Positions 47,002 through 56,410 of a DNA stretch of 58,878 bases are shown in pieces. Position 1 is the stretch's first letter; each line of letters begins with the position of its first letter. The stretch is from Deltaproteobacteria bacterium (GTDB taxonomy: Bacteria; Desulfobacterota; RBG-13-43-22): positions 1 to 58,878 of the forward strand of contig JACRCK010000092.1 of the NCBI GenBank assembly GCA_016219065.1, written 5' to 3'. The position numbers and the translations under genes were made by a program. Below the pieces are notes generated by a model that saw nothing but the letters and a program-made list of their open reading frames with translations, was not told the DNA's origin and ran no database searches.

Positions 47002-47708
47002 GTTTTGACCAACCGACCGAACCCTCGGACCCGAAGAATCGCCGGCCCGTCATCCAGGATTTCCTGGAGGCCCCCTGCAACGGGGAAGAAATCGAGGCCC
47101 GGTCTTTCGCCGTCATCGATCGCGAGGCCCCGGCCCATTCTTTCAACCCCGAGGAGTGGGAAGTCGTGCGGCGCATGATCCATACGGTCGGCGATTTTTC
47201 GATTATTTCCGACATCCGCTTTTCCCCCGGCGTCCTTCCGGCGGCCCGGGAGGCCCTGAGCCGGGGCAGTCTGATTTATTGCGATTCCAACATGATCCGC
47301 TCCGGCTTGTCCCTGGCCCGGCTGCGTCGGGTCCATTCCGGGTACGGGCCGGAAAAGATCGTCTGTTACGTGGCCGACGAGGGGGTGGCCACCGAAGCCC
47401 GGGAAACAGACCTGCCCCGTTCGCTGCTGGGTATGCGCAAGGCCCGGAACCTGTTGAACGGCGCCATCGCCGTTTTCGGCAACGCCCCCCTCGCCCTGCT
47501 GGAATTGAACCGGATGATCCTGGAAGAAGGGCTGAAGCCGGCCCTGGTTGTCGGCCTGCCGGTGGGCTTCGTCCATGTCGTGGAGAGCAAGGAGGAACTG
47601 CTGACCTTGCCCGTACCCCATATCGTTATGTCCGGCCGGCGCGGCGGCAGCCCTCTGGCCGTCAGCGTGATCCATGCGCTGTGCACGCTGGCCCAAAGGC
47701 GGGAATGA
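46998..47708 (+). CDS. cbiC: Cobalt-precorrin-8 methylmutase
   Basis: IEARSF..I, RMIHT.GD, GNAP.AL, PVGFV and GRRGGS motifs; ATGA overlap. Confidence 0.95.
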   Translation: MSFDQPTEPSDPKNRRPVIQDFLEAPCNGEEIEARSFAVIDREAPAHSFNPEEWEVVRRMIHTVGDFSIISDIRFSPGVLPAAREALSRGSLIYCDSNMIRSGLSLARLRRVHSGYGPEKIVCYVADEGVATEARETDLPRSLLGMRKARNLLNGAIAVFGNAPLALLELNRMILEEGLKPALVVGLPVGFVHVVESKEELLTLPVPHIVMSGRRGGSPLAVSVIHALCTLAQRRE

Positions 47709-47713
47709 AAATA

Positions 47714-47950
47714 CAATAATTAATAATCAATTGTTAATTATTAATTATTAACGAAAAGGTTAAGTTCGGTTGTTCGTAGGGTCGGCGTCCCCGCCGACCG
47801 CTCGGCCTTCCGGGGCGGGATGGAGTCCCCAATCTTACCGGGGAGACCCAAGCCGTCATTCCCCTTACCGGGCCGGCGGGCGAGACGCCCGCCCTACGTC
47901 TTTAAATTCGATGTTGGACGTTGAATGTTCGATGTTGGACGTTCATCTTT
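47714..47950. repeat. Repeat mosaic inside the cob operon
   Basis: AT heptamer array (47714-47751), GTAG-REP palindromes (47776-47800 and 47875-47898) and a GAYGTTS array of 5 units. Confidence 0.8.
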
Positions 47951-47972
47951 CGTACTAAAGTAGGGGAAAAGC

Positions 47973-48518
47973 ATGAAAGAGAAAGCAACTAGCACGCCCT
48001 CCCAGACCAACGGCCTGGAGGCCATCATCCTGCTGGGACACGGCAGCCGGGTCCCCCAGGCCGGAAAAGACATGACCCGGGTGGCCGAAAGGCTGAAGGA
48101 AAAATACGGCTATCCCCTGGTGGAAATCTGCTTCATGTCCCGCCTGGGGCCTCATTTTCCCGAAACCCTGGCCCGCTGTGTCCGACAGGGGGCCGGCCGC
48201 GTGGTGGTGATCCCTTATTTCCTCCACACCGGTCTTCATATCCTGCTGGATATACCGGAGATGCTACAGGAAGAGGCGAGAAAATACCCCCAGGTGGAAT
48301 TGATTTTCGGCCGGAGCCTGGGCTTTGACGAATCGCTGGTGGACTTGGTCAACCACTGCATCCGGGCCTCCGCCGCTTGCGATGACGTACGGGAAATGGT
48401 GCTGCCGCCCAAGGAAAAGTTTCCCATCCCCCCCGGCCAGGCCGAATTCGTTCCCATGGCCCCCGAGGAAGCGGCGGAATACCGCAAGAACGGCAACAAC
48501 GGACAACAACCGCATTAG
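47973..48518 (+). CDS. cbiX: Sirohydrochlorin cobaltochelatase (short CbiX/SirB type)
   Basis: IILLGHGSR and VVIPYFLHTGLH..DIP motifs. Confidence 0.9.
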   Translation: MKEKATSTPSQTNGLEAIILLGHGSRVPQAGKDMTRVAERLKEKYGYPLVEICFMSRLGPHFPETLARCVRQGAGRVVVIPYFLHTGLHILLDIPEMLQEEARKYPQVELIFGRSLGFDESLVDLVNHCIRASAACDDVREMVLPPKEKFPIPPGQAEFVPMAPEEAAEYRKNGNNGQQPH

Positions 48519-48526
48519 GAAAAACG

Positions 48527-48601
48527 GGGTGATGGAGTGATGGAGTATTGGAGTGATGGAATGGCGGCCATTACTCCAATACTCCATTACTCCAATACTC
48601 C
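48527..48601. repeat. Inverted pair of octamer arrays
   Basis: GGAGTGAT/GGAGTATT units facing CCATTACT/CCAATACT units. Confidence 0.85.
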
Positions 48602-48622
48602 CCTGCTACGGAATGGCTTTTC

Positions 48623-49381
48623 ATGAAGATCATAAAAACATTGGGCCGGTTGTCTCTCCTGCTGTTCATTGAGTGGCAGGTGACCGTTTCCAGCGCCCGG
48701 GCCATGCACATTTCCGAGGGTCTCCTGCCCTTCGATTGGGCCGTTTTCTGGTCCCTGGCCGCCCTGCCCTTCCTGGCCTACGGACTTTACCGGCTGAAAA
48801 AACGGGCCCTGGCGGATCTGGCCCTCAAACCGCTGGTAGGACTGCTGGCCGCTTTCGTTTTCATCATCTCCTGTATGCCGGTCCCGGTCCCCACGGCCGG
48901 AACCTGTTCCCATCCCTGCGGAACCGGGCTGTCCGGGATCCTGGTCGGGCCGGGCATCAGCTTCCTGATCGCCACGGTCGCCCTGCTCATCCAGGCCCTG
49001 TTTCTGGCCCACGGCGGATTGAGCACTTTGGGCGCCAATGTCATCACCATGGGCATCATGGGCTCGCTGGCCGGTTACTTTACTTTTCGACTTTTGAGAA
49101 CGTTCCGGGTAAACTTGGGAATGGCGGGGTTTTTGGCCGGGTTGCTGGCCGACTGGGCCACCTACGGCACGACGGCGGTGGTGCTGACGTTGGGTATCCG
49201 GGGGGAGGATCCTTTTTATCCGCTGCTGCTGAAAATCCTGATCGCCTTCATCCCCACCCAGCTTCCCCTCGGGATACTGGAAGGGGCCATGACCGCCGGG
49301 ATGGTGCTGCTGCTCTCCAAGAAACGGCCTGACCTGCTGGTGAAAATGCGGGTCTTGAAAACATCGGAAGTGGCCCCATGA
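48623..49381 (+). CDS. cbiM: Cobalt ECF transporter substrate component
   Basis: Signal peptide then MHISEGLLP; GTCSH; AHGGLSTLGAN. Confidence 0.95.
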   Translation: MKIIKTLGRLSLLLFIEWQVTVSSARAMHISEGLLPFDWAVFWSLAALPFLAYGLYRLKKRALADLALKPLVGLLAAFVFIISCMPVPVPTAGTCSHPCGTGLSGILVGPGISFLIATVALLIQALFLAHGGLSTLGANVITMGIMGSLAGYFTFRLLRTFRVNLGMAGFLAGLLADWATYGTTAVVLTLGIRGEDPFYPLLLKILIAFIPTQLPLGILEGAMTAGMVLLLSKKRPDLLVKMRVLKTSEVAP

Positions 49382-49689
49382 AAAATCGAAAGGCTGGGCA
49401 GGTTTTAACCCTCTTCCTCCTTCTCTTTTTCGTTTCCGCCGCCTGGATTTTGGCTGAAGAAAAGGAGGGGAAATGGTCCGGCGTTGACGAAACGGTCATT
49501 GAAAAATACGCTAAAAACCAAGGCCGGGAGGCCCAAACCCCTCTGATCGATACCGACCAGGGCGATCTCCTGCTTTTCCTCTTTCTGCTGGCCGGAGCCG
49601 TCGGCGGATTTGTGGCGGGATATTATTGGCGCCTGCTGATGAGTGAAAAAAAACCGAAGCTGAATAAAGAGCCGCAAAGGTTGCACTAA
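49378..49689 (+). CDS. cbiN: Cobalt ECF auxiliary component (CbiN-like)
   Basis: Two TMs, WSGVDE and GDLLLF..G..GGFVAGYY motifs; lies between cbiM and cbiQ. Confidence 0.75.
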   Translation: MKNRKAGQVLTLFLLLFFVSAAWILAEEKEGKWSGVDETVIEKYAKNQGREAQTPLIDTDQGDLLLFLFLLAGAVGGFVAGYYWRLLMSEKKPKLNKEPQRLH

Positions 49690-50447
49690 TGGAAATCCTA
49701 TCCGAATATCTCCAGACCGACCACTGGCTTTCCCGGGTGGACCCCAGGCTGAAACTGGGAGTGGCCCTGATCCTCCTGGTCCTGGTGCTGACCCATCAGG
49801 GTTTTATTTTCCCCTGGCTGATTACGGCCGCCGCCCTGGTCCTGTTGTTTCAAATGCGCATCCCCTTTAAAGCCTATCTGATCCGGCTCCTGGAGCCGCT
49901 GTTCATTATCTTCATGTTGGTCCTGCTGAAGACGTTATTCACCGGACAGGACGTACTCGCTTCCTTTTCATTGTGGGGCTGGACCCTGGCGGTGCATCCG
50001 GACGGTCTGCTGGAAGGGCTGCGCCTCGGCAGCCGGATTATCGGGGCCGTTTCCATCGTGACCATCCTCAGCTTCTGTACTTCCTTCACGCATTTCATGG
50101 CCGGCCTGTCCTGGTTCAAAGTACCCCAGAGCCTGATCGAAATTCTGATGTTCGCCTACCGCTATATCTTTGTCCTTTTGGAAGAAGCCCAGGTGATCTA
50201 CCAGGCCCAGAAAAACCGCTTCGGCTATGTCACCCTGGCCCGGGGGTTTCAATCTTTCGGCACCCTGACCGGCTCTCTGATCCTCAAGGTTTTCGAACAC
50301 AGCCAGAACGTTTCGGTTTCCATGGTCCAGCGCGGCTACGACGGCAACCTGCCCCTGATGAAACACCGATCTTTTAAAAGAGGAGAAATTCTAGCTTCCT
50401 GCGGCTGGGTCGCGGTTTTCGGGATCTTATGGAAAATAACACGGTAA
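49689..50447 (+). CDS. cbiQ: Cobalt ECF transmembrane component
   Basis: DPRLK, YRYIFVL and M.QRGYDG motifs. Confidence 0.92.
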   Translation: MEILSEYLQTDHWLSRVDPRLKLGVALILLVLVLTHQGFIFPWLITAAALVLLFQMRIPFKAYLIRLLEPLFIIFMLVLLKTLFTGQDVLASFSLWGWTLAVHPDGLLEGLRLGSRIIGAVSIVTILSFCTSFTHFMAGLSWFKVPQSLIEILMFAYRYIFVLLEEAQVIYQAQKNRFGYVTLARGFQSFGTLTGSLILKVFEHSQNVSVSMVQRGYDGNLPLMKHRSFKRGEILASCGWVAVFGILWKITR

Positions 50448-51316
50448 GGATCTCGGCCCGCAACATCTCCTACGACTACCCCGACGGTACCAGCGCCCTG
50501 GCCGACATCAACCTGGCGGTGCAGCCGGGGGAATTCATCGGCCTCCTGGGGGCCAACGGTTCCGGCAAAACGACCCTGCTGAAAATCCTCGATGGCTTGA
50601 TCCGGGACTTCAAGGGCCGCGTGACGCTGGATGGGGCCGATATCAAGCGACTGTCGGCCAAAGAGATCTACGGCAAGATGGGTATGGTCTTTCAAAACCC
50701 CGACGATCAACTCTTCGCCTCCACGGTCTTCGAAGACGTGGCCTTCGGGCCCATCAACATGGGCTTCCCGGAGGCTGAGGTTAAAGCGCGGGTCACCCGG
50801 GCGCTGGCCGACGTGGAGATGGAAGGGTTCGCGAAAAAATCGATCCACCACCTGAGCTTCGGGCAGAAAAAAAGGATCTGCATCGCCGGTCTGCTGGCCA
50901 TGGGGCACGAAGTTCTCCTCCTCGATGAACCCACGGCCGGCTTGGACCCCATGGGTGAATATAAGATGATGAACCTGCTGACCAAGCTGAATCGGGAATG
51001 CCGGGTTACCATCGTCATGGCCACCCACAGCGTCGACCTGGTGCCTATTTTTCTGGACCGGCTCTATATCCTGCGGCAAGGGCGGATCGTCCGGGGCGGC
51101 ACGCCGGAAGAGGTGCTGACGGCCCCCGAGGAGATGACCCAGGTCAAACTGCGGCTGCCCCAGATCGCCGAACTCATTTACCGGCTGAAACACGAGGATC
51201 ATATCCCCTTCCGGAAGATCCCGCTGACTATCGGCGAAGCCCGGCGGGAATTGCTGCAAATGCTGCGCCCGAAAGACCGGACCGCCGCGCCGGAGAATAC
51301 GAAACCCGGCCTATGA
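50429..51316 (+). CDS. cbiO: Cobalt ECF ATPase
   Basis: GANGSGKT, FQNPDDQLF, LSFGQKKR and LDEPTAGLDP motifs. Confidence 0.95.
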   Translation: MENNTVRISARNISYDYPDGTSALADINLAVQPGEFIGLLGANGSGKTTLLKILDGLIRDFKGRVTLDGADIKRLSAKEIYGKMGMVFQNPDDQLFASTVFEDVAFGPINMGFPEAEVKARVTRALADVEMEGFAKKSIHHLSFGQKKRICIAGLLAMGHEVLLLDEPTAGLDPMGEYKMMNLLTKLNRECRVTIVMATHSVDLVPIFLDRLYILRQGRIVRGGTPEEVLTAPEEMTQVKLRLPQIAELIYRLKHEDHIPFRKIPLTIGEARRELLQMLRPKDRTAAPENTKPGL

Positions 51317-52365
51317 CGCTCCGATCAGGCTATACGACCGGAACCTGTGCCGCTGCCGCCGCCAAAGCGGCGATCTTGCTGCTGACCGGCGCCGGAACCG
51401 TTAAGGAAGTGGAAATCAAACTGCCGGACGGAGAGCTCGTGCGATTTCCGGTGGTCTGGAGCCGGAGCGATCCGGAAAAGGCCGAGGCCGCCGTTCGCAA
51501 GGACGCCGGCGATGACCCGGATATTACCCACCAGGCGGTCATCAGGGCGCGGGTTGAATGGATACCGGGAGGAGAGGTGGAATTCCGGGCGGGAGCAGGA
51601 GTCGGCGTCGTCACCAGGCCGGGATTGGCGATCCCTCCCGGGGAAGCGGCCATCAATCCCGTGCCCCGGAGAATGATCCGGGATGCCGTCCGGGAAGTCA
51701 CCGCTCAAGGCGCGCGGGTGACGGTCTCCATTCCCGACGGGGAGGCCCTGGCGGCCAAGACCTTCAATCCCAAACTGGGTGTGGTGGGCGGGCTTTCCAT
51801 CCTGGGCACCACCGGCCGGGTCCGGCCTTTCAGTTGCCCGGCCCTGCAGGAATCGCTGCGCTGCGCGCTCCAGGTGGCCCTGGCCCTGGCTATCAAAAAT
51901 CCGGTGTACGTCCCCGGACATATCGGGGAGCGGGCCGCCCACCGGCATTTCCGGCTCCAACCCGAGCAGGTCGTCGAAGTCAGCAACGAATGGGGCTATA
52001 TGCTGGAACAAGCGGTAAAAGAAAAAATTCCCCGGTTGTTGGTTCTGGGTCACCCCGGCAAGCTGGTGAAACTGGCCGCAGGCCAGTGGGATACCCATTC
52101 GGCCCGGTCGGGAAGCGCCCTGCCTTTCGTCCGGGAAACGGCGGCCCGCTATTTTCCGGGATCGGCGCCGGACAGTACCACAGTGGAGGGATTTCTGGCC
52201 GACTGGCCGAACGCTACCCGGCAGGATTTAGGCAACCGTCTGGCGGAGGGGATTCTGGAAACGGTGGTTGAAAAAACCGCCCGGGAGATCGAAATGGCCG
52301 TATTCCTGATCACCCTGCAAGGGGACCGGCTGGGCAGCGCCGGAGATTTAACCCCGTGGAAGTAA
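51313..52365 (+). CDS. cbiD: Cobalt-precorrin-5B C1-methyltransferase
   Basis: LRSGYTTGTCA, KDAGDDPD, AINPVP and GGLSILGTTG motifs; real start 51313 (ATGA overlap). Confidence 0.95.
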   Translation: MTLRSGYTTGTCAAAAAKAAILLLTGAGTVKEVEIKLPDGELVRFPVVWSRSDPEKAEAAVRKDAGDDPDITHQAVIRARVEWIPGGEVEFRAGAGVGVVTRPGLAIPPGEAAINPVPRRMIRDAVREVTAQGARVTVSIPDGEALAAKTFNPKLGVVGGLSILGTTGRVRPFSCPALQESLRCALQVALALAIKNPVYVPGHIGERAAHRHFRLQPEQVVEVSNEWGYMLEQAVKEKIPRLLVLGHPGKLVKLAAGQWDTHSARSGSALPFVRETAARYFPGSAPDSTTVEGFLADWPNATRQDLGNRLAEGILETVVEKTAREIEMAVFLITLQGDRLGSAGDLTPWK

Positions 52366-52982
52366 ATCCACCCCTCACCATCGTGGGTTGTGGGCCCGGG
52401 GACCCGGATTACCTGACGCCCGCGGCCGACAAGGCGGTTGCCGAAGCGGAAGTCCTGGTCGGGACGCAACGCCTTTTGGACCTCTTTCCCCGGCATCCGG
52501 GCGAAAAGATACCGGTGGGCGTCAATATCGATGACGTGTTGGAGGCCGTAGCTGACCGGGTTCAACGAACAATCGCCATCCTGGTCACCGGGGATCCCGG
52601 TCTGGCCAGCCTGGCCCGACCGGTCATCCGGCGCTTCGGACGGGAGCGCTGCCGGATCATCCCGGGAATAAGCTCCCTCCAGGTAGCCTTCTCCCGGCTG
52701 GGACTGGACTGGCTGGACGCCCGGATTATCGACGCCCACGGAAAGGACCCGGACCTGGGGAACGACGCCTTAAACCGGCCGTCCAAGATCGCCGTCCTGG
52801 GAGGGCGGCCCCAGTCTTTCGAATGGCTGCAGCGGGAACTGGGCGACCGGCTGGACGATTTTCAGGTCACCATCTGTGAAGACCTGACCCTGGCCGGCGA
52901 ACGGATTACGCCCTGGCAGCCGGGGACCGTGCTGGACCGGGAGCTGTCGTCCAGGGTGATCTTTATTTTGGTACGGAAATAA
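52356..52982 (+). CDS. cbiE: Cobalt-precorrin-7 C5-methyltransferase (standalone)
   Basis: IVGCGPGD..YLT, TGDPG, IPGISS.Q, HG and CEDL..GE motifs. Confidence 0.9.
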   Translation: MEVNPPLTIVGCGPGDPDYLTPAADKAVAEAEVLVGTQRLLDLFPRHPGEKIPVGVNIDDVLEAVADRVQRTIAILVTGDPGLASLARPVIRRFGRERCRIIPGISSLQVAFSRLGLDWLDARIIDAHGKDPDLGNDALNRPSKIAVLGGRPQSFEWLQRELGDRLDDFQVTICEDLTLAGERITPWQPGTVLDRELSSRVIFILVRK

Positions 52983-53140
52983 AGACGAACGTCCAACATT
53001 CAACATTCAACGTCCAACATCGAATTTAACAACGTAGGGCGGTCGGCGGGGACGCTGAGCGTCCAGAACTTGCGTTCCCGCGCAGAGCAGGGGAACGATA
53101 AAAAAAATCAATAATCAATTGTCAATTGTCAATTGTTAAC
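52981..53140. repeat. Composite repeat (heptamer array, GTAG-REP, GTTCCC palindrome, AT heptamers)
   Basis: Paralogous to 4693-4848. Confidence 0.8.
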
Positions 53141-53160
53141 GGGAAGGAATAAGAATCATA

Positions 53161-53928
53161 ATGACATCTCAGCAAACCAGGAAAACCGGGACTCTGTACG
53201 GGATCGGGGTCGGCCCCGGGGATCCCGAACTGATGACCTTGAAAGGGGCCCGGGTGCTCCGGGAGTGCCGCCGGGTGTTCGTCCCCAAGGCCCGCGATGA
53301 AGGCGACAGCGCCGCCCTGTCCATAGCCGGGGACCTGCTGCGCTCCGATGCCCGGATCCAGGAACTGGTGTTCCCTATGGTTACCGACCGGCAGGAACTG
53401 GCCCGGCGCTGGCAGGAATCCGCCCGAGAGTTGGCCGGGGTGCTACAATCCGGAGAAGATGCCTGCTTTCTGACCCTGGGCGATCCCCTGCTCTATTCCA
53501 CCTATATCTATCTCCTGCGGGCCTTGCGCGGCCTCCTGCCGGAGGCGAAGGTGGTGACCGTTCCGGGAGTGACGGCCTTCAGTGCCGCCGCCGCCCTGAC
53601 CGACTTCCCGGTGGGTGAGGCCAAGGACCCGGTGACCATCGTGCCCGCCGCCGACGACCTGCGGGCCGTGGAAGAGGCCTTGGACCGGGGCGGCACGGTC
53701 GTTCTGATGAAGGTCGGCAAGCGCCTGGAAAAGATACTGGACCTGCTGCAGGCCAGGGACCTGATCGATCAGGCGGTTTTTGTGGCCCGGGCCGGTCAAC
53801 CCGCCCAGCGCCTGGAGACGGACCTGCGGAAATTGCGGGAGGAAGGACCGGAAGCGGGGTACCTGTCGATCATTCTGGTACATGCCGGAAAAAGAAAATC
53901 CGAAACTCGGATTTCGAATTTAGCTTAG
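53161..53928 (+). CDS. cbiL: Cobalt-precorrin-2 C20-methyltransferase
   Basis: LYGIGVGPGDPELMTLKG, FPM, TLGDPLLYSTY, VLMK and YLS motifs. Confidence 0.95.
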   Translation: MTSQQTRKTGTLYGIGVGPGDPELMTLKGARVLRECRRVFVPKARDEGDSAALSIAGDLLRSDARIQELVFPMVTDRQELARRWQESARELAGVLQSGEDACFLTLGDPLLYSTYIYLLRALRGLLPEAKVVTVPGVTAFSAAAALTDFPVGEAKDPVTIVPAADDLRAVEEALDRGGTVVLMKVGKRLEKILDLLQARDLIDQAVFVARAGQPAQRLETDLRKLREEGPEAGYLSIILVHAGKRKSETRISNLA

Positions 53929-53942
53929 TAAGAGGTATAACT

Positions 53943-54701
53943 ATGAAGGTTTATTTTGTAGGTTCCGGGCCCGGAGACCCGGAACTGCTGACCCTGAAAG
54001 GGGACCGGATATTGCGTAGCTGCCGCTGCTGCATCTACGCCGGTTCCCTGGTCAACCCGGAAATCCTTGAGCGCCTGCCGCCAGACGCCGAGCGCCACGA
54101 TTCCGCAGGCATGGATCTGCCGGAGATCATCGAGGTCATGGAACAGGGCCGGGCCCGGGGGATCGACGTGGTCCGCCTCCATTCCGGAGACCCGTCCATC
54201 TACGGCGCCATCCGGGAACAGATGAACGAACTGGATCGACGGGACATCGCCTACGAAGTCGTGCCGGGCGTCAGTTCCTTTCAGGCGGCCGCCGCCGCCC
54301 TGCCGGCGGAGTTGACCGCCCCGGAAATCTCCCAGACCATTATCCTGACCCGGGCCTCGGGCCGCACCCCGGTGCCGCCCGAGCAGGAATTAAGCGAACT
54401 GGGGCGCACCCGGGCCACCCTCTGCATCTTCCTGTCCGTGGACCAGGTGGAAAGGGTCCCCGCCGCTCTGATTCCCCATTACGGAGCGGATTGCCCGGCG
54501 GCCGTGGTCTATCGGGCCTCCTGGCCGGATCAAAAGACGATCCGCGGCACTTTGAACGACATTGCCGGACAGGTCAAAAACGCAAGCATCAAAAAAACGG
54601 CCTTGATCCTGGTCGGTCAGGCCCTGGCCCGGGACCTGCCGGTCTCCAAGCTGTATGACCGGGAATTTTCGCACGGCTACCGCCAGGGCCGTAGCGGATG
54701 A
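53943..54701 (+). CDS. cbiF: Cobalt-precorrin-4 C11-methyltransferase
   Basis: VYFVGSGPGDPEL, YAGSLV, RLHSGDPSIYGAI.EQ and SKLY..FSH motifs. Confidence 0.96.
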   Translation: MKVYFVGSGPGDPELLTLKGDRILRSCRCCIYAGSLVNPEILERLPPDAERHDSAGMDLPEIIEVMEQGRARGIDVVRLHSGDPSIYGAIREQMNELDRRDIAYEVVPGVSSFQAAAAALPAELTAPEISQTIILTRASGRTPVPPEQELSELGRTRATLCIFLSVDQVERVPAALIPHYGADCPAAVVYRASWPDQKTIRGTLNDIAGQVKNASIKKTALILVGQALARDLPVSKLYDREFSHGYRQGRSG

Positions 54702-55498
54702 AAGTCGCCTTGATCAGCCTCTCTGCGGAGGGCGCCCGGCTGCTGCGGCGGCTGGCGCCCCATTTTCCCGAGGCCCGGATTTTTCTCCATGACAAAATCC
54801 GGACCGATCTCGAGGGAAAAAGATTCGGACAGATCATCCTGCTGATCAAGGAAATATTTACCCAATTTGACGGATTGGTTTTTGTCATGCCCACCGGGGT
54901 GGTCGTACGGGCCGTGGCCCCCTTGATCAAACATAAAACCCGCGACCCCGCGGTCGTCGTGGTCGATGTGGGAGGCCGTTTTGCTATCAGCCTGCTGAGC
55001 GGCCATGAAGGCGGCGCCAATGACCTGGCCGTCACCGTGGGCAATATCCTGGGCGCCGAACCGGTCGTCACCACCACCACCGAGGCCCTGAAACAGGTGA
55101 TCGTCGGGGTGGGCTGCCGCAAAGGGGTGTCGGCCGGAAAAATTCTACAGGCCATAGAAACCGCCCTGGCCGAGGCCGGGGTTAAAAGGGAAGAAATCCG
55201 CTGGCTGGCTTCGGCCGATGTCAAGGCCGAAGAAGCCGGACTGATCCAGGCCGCCCAGGCTTTGGGCGTTCCGTTGCGTCTGGTGGACTCGGAGGAAATC
55301 CGCCGGTCCAGCAAACCCTTTCAGCATTCCGAATTCGTCCAGGAAAAAGTGAACGTGCCGGCCGTCGCCGAAGCGGCGGCGCTGCTGGCCGGAAGGAGGA
55401 CCCGATTAATTCTGCCCAAGAAAGCCGGCGACGGGGTGACCGTGGCCCTGGCCCGGGAAAACTTTTTGTGGTCGGAATCGGCCCCGGAGGACCGTTAG
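54698..55498 (+). CDS. cbiG: Cobalt-precorrin-5A hydrolase
   Basis: DPAVVVVD, LLSGHEGGAN, GVGCRKG, K.EE.GL, VAEAAAL and VTVALA motifs. Confidence 0.93.
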   Translation: MKVALISLSAEGARLLRRLAPHFPEARIFLHDKIRTDLEGKRFGQIILLIKEIFTQFDGLVFVMPTGVVVRAVAPLIKHKTRDPAVVVVDVGGRFAISLLSGHEGGANDLAVTVGNILGAEPVVTTTTEALKQVIVGVGCRKGVSAGKILQAIETALAEAGVKREEIRWLASADVKAEEAGLIQAAQALGVPLRLVDSEEIRRSSKPFQHSEFVQEKVNVPAVAEAAALLAGRRTRLILPKKAGDGVTVALARENFLWSESAPEDR

Positions 55499-56184
55499 AC
55501 CGGACCCGGCGGGCCGAACAGGCGATCAAGGAGAGCGGGGTCATCGTTGGCTACACCCGTTATCTGGAACTCATCTCCGACCTGACCGGGGATAAACGAC
55601 TGGTCTCTTCCGGCATGCGCCAGGAGACCGAACGGTGCCGGAAGGCCCTGGAAATGGCCCGTTCCGGTGAGACCGTCGCCCTCATCTCCTCCGGGGATTC
55701 GGGGATCTACGGCATGGCCGGTCTGGCCCTGGAATTGAACACCGCCGAAAATTTTTCGGTCCCCATCGAGATCGTCCCCGGGCTGACGGCCGGCGGCGCC
55801 GCCGCAGCCCGGATGGGAGCGCCCCTGATGCTGGACTACGCCACCATCAGCCTGAGCGACCTGCTGGTGCCCTGGGAAACCATCCGCCGGCGACTGGAAG
55901 CGGTGGCTGCCGCCGACCTGGTTACGGTCCTCTACAATCCCAAAAGCAAGAAGCGGGTCAAACAGTTGGCGGAGGCCGTGGCCATCTTCGCCGGGCACCG
56001 GCCGGGAACGACCCCGGTGGGGATCGGGACTGCGGTGGGCACGGACGAGGAAGAGATAACCCTGACCGACCTGGACCACGTTCTGGACCAGGAAATCGGC
56101 ATGCGCAGCCTGCTCATCATCGGTAACACCTCCTCGAAAAAAATGCTGAACTGGTTCGTCACCCCGAGGGGGTATACGGTTTGA
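55468..56184 (+). CDS. cbiH: Cobalt-precorrin-3B C17-methyltransferase
   Basis: VGIGPG, VGY..Y, SSGDSGIYGMAG, ISLSDLL.PW, YNP.SK.R and TPRGY motifs. Start ambiguous (see findings). Confidence 0.93.
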   Translation: MVGIGPGGPLDRTRRAEQAIKESGVIVGYTRYLELISDLTGDKRLVSSGMRQETERCRKALEMARSGETVALISSGDSGIYGMAGLALELNTAENFSVPIEIVPGLTAGGAAAARMGAPLMLDYATISLSDLLVPWETIRRRLEAVAAADLVTVLYNPKSKKRVKQLAEAVAIFAGHRPGTTPVGIGTAVGTDEEEITLTDLDHVLDQEIGMRSLLIIGNTSSKKMLNWFVTPRGYTV

Positions 56185-56410
56185 GGAACAGGATCAAGAC
56201 CCAAGGAAAAACCTATCGTTCGCGAAGCGACGGCATCTTTTGCTTTTTCGGGGGCTTTCCCGATCTTTGGACCTTTGCGGTGTAATCCCCGTTACTCATC
56301 TTTCTCTGCGATCTCTGCGCGCTCTGTGAAAGTTTGTCTTGGTCCGCCTTTGTCTGTGTGTGTCTGTGGCAAAAAATGTTTCTAACCCTTTGCTTTCTGC
56401 CCTCAACTCC

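Noticed and set aside
50998..51312. N-terminal extensions in the ORF track for cbiD (also 46941, 56339, 36460, 19670, 5648, 40838)
   Set aside because: They overlap upstream genes or repeats. Conserved motifs and ATGA coupling point to the downstream starts.
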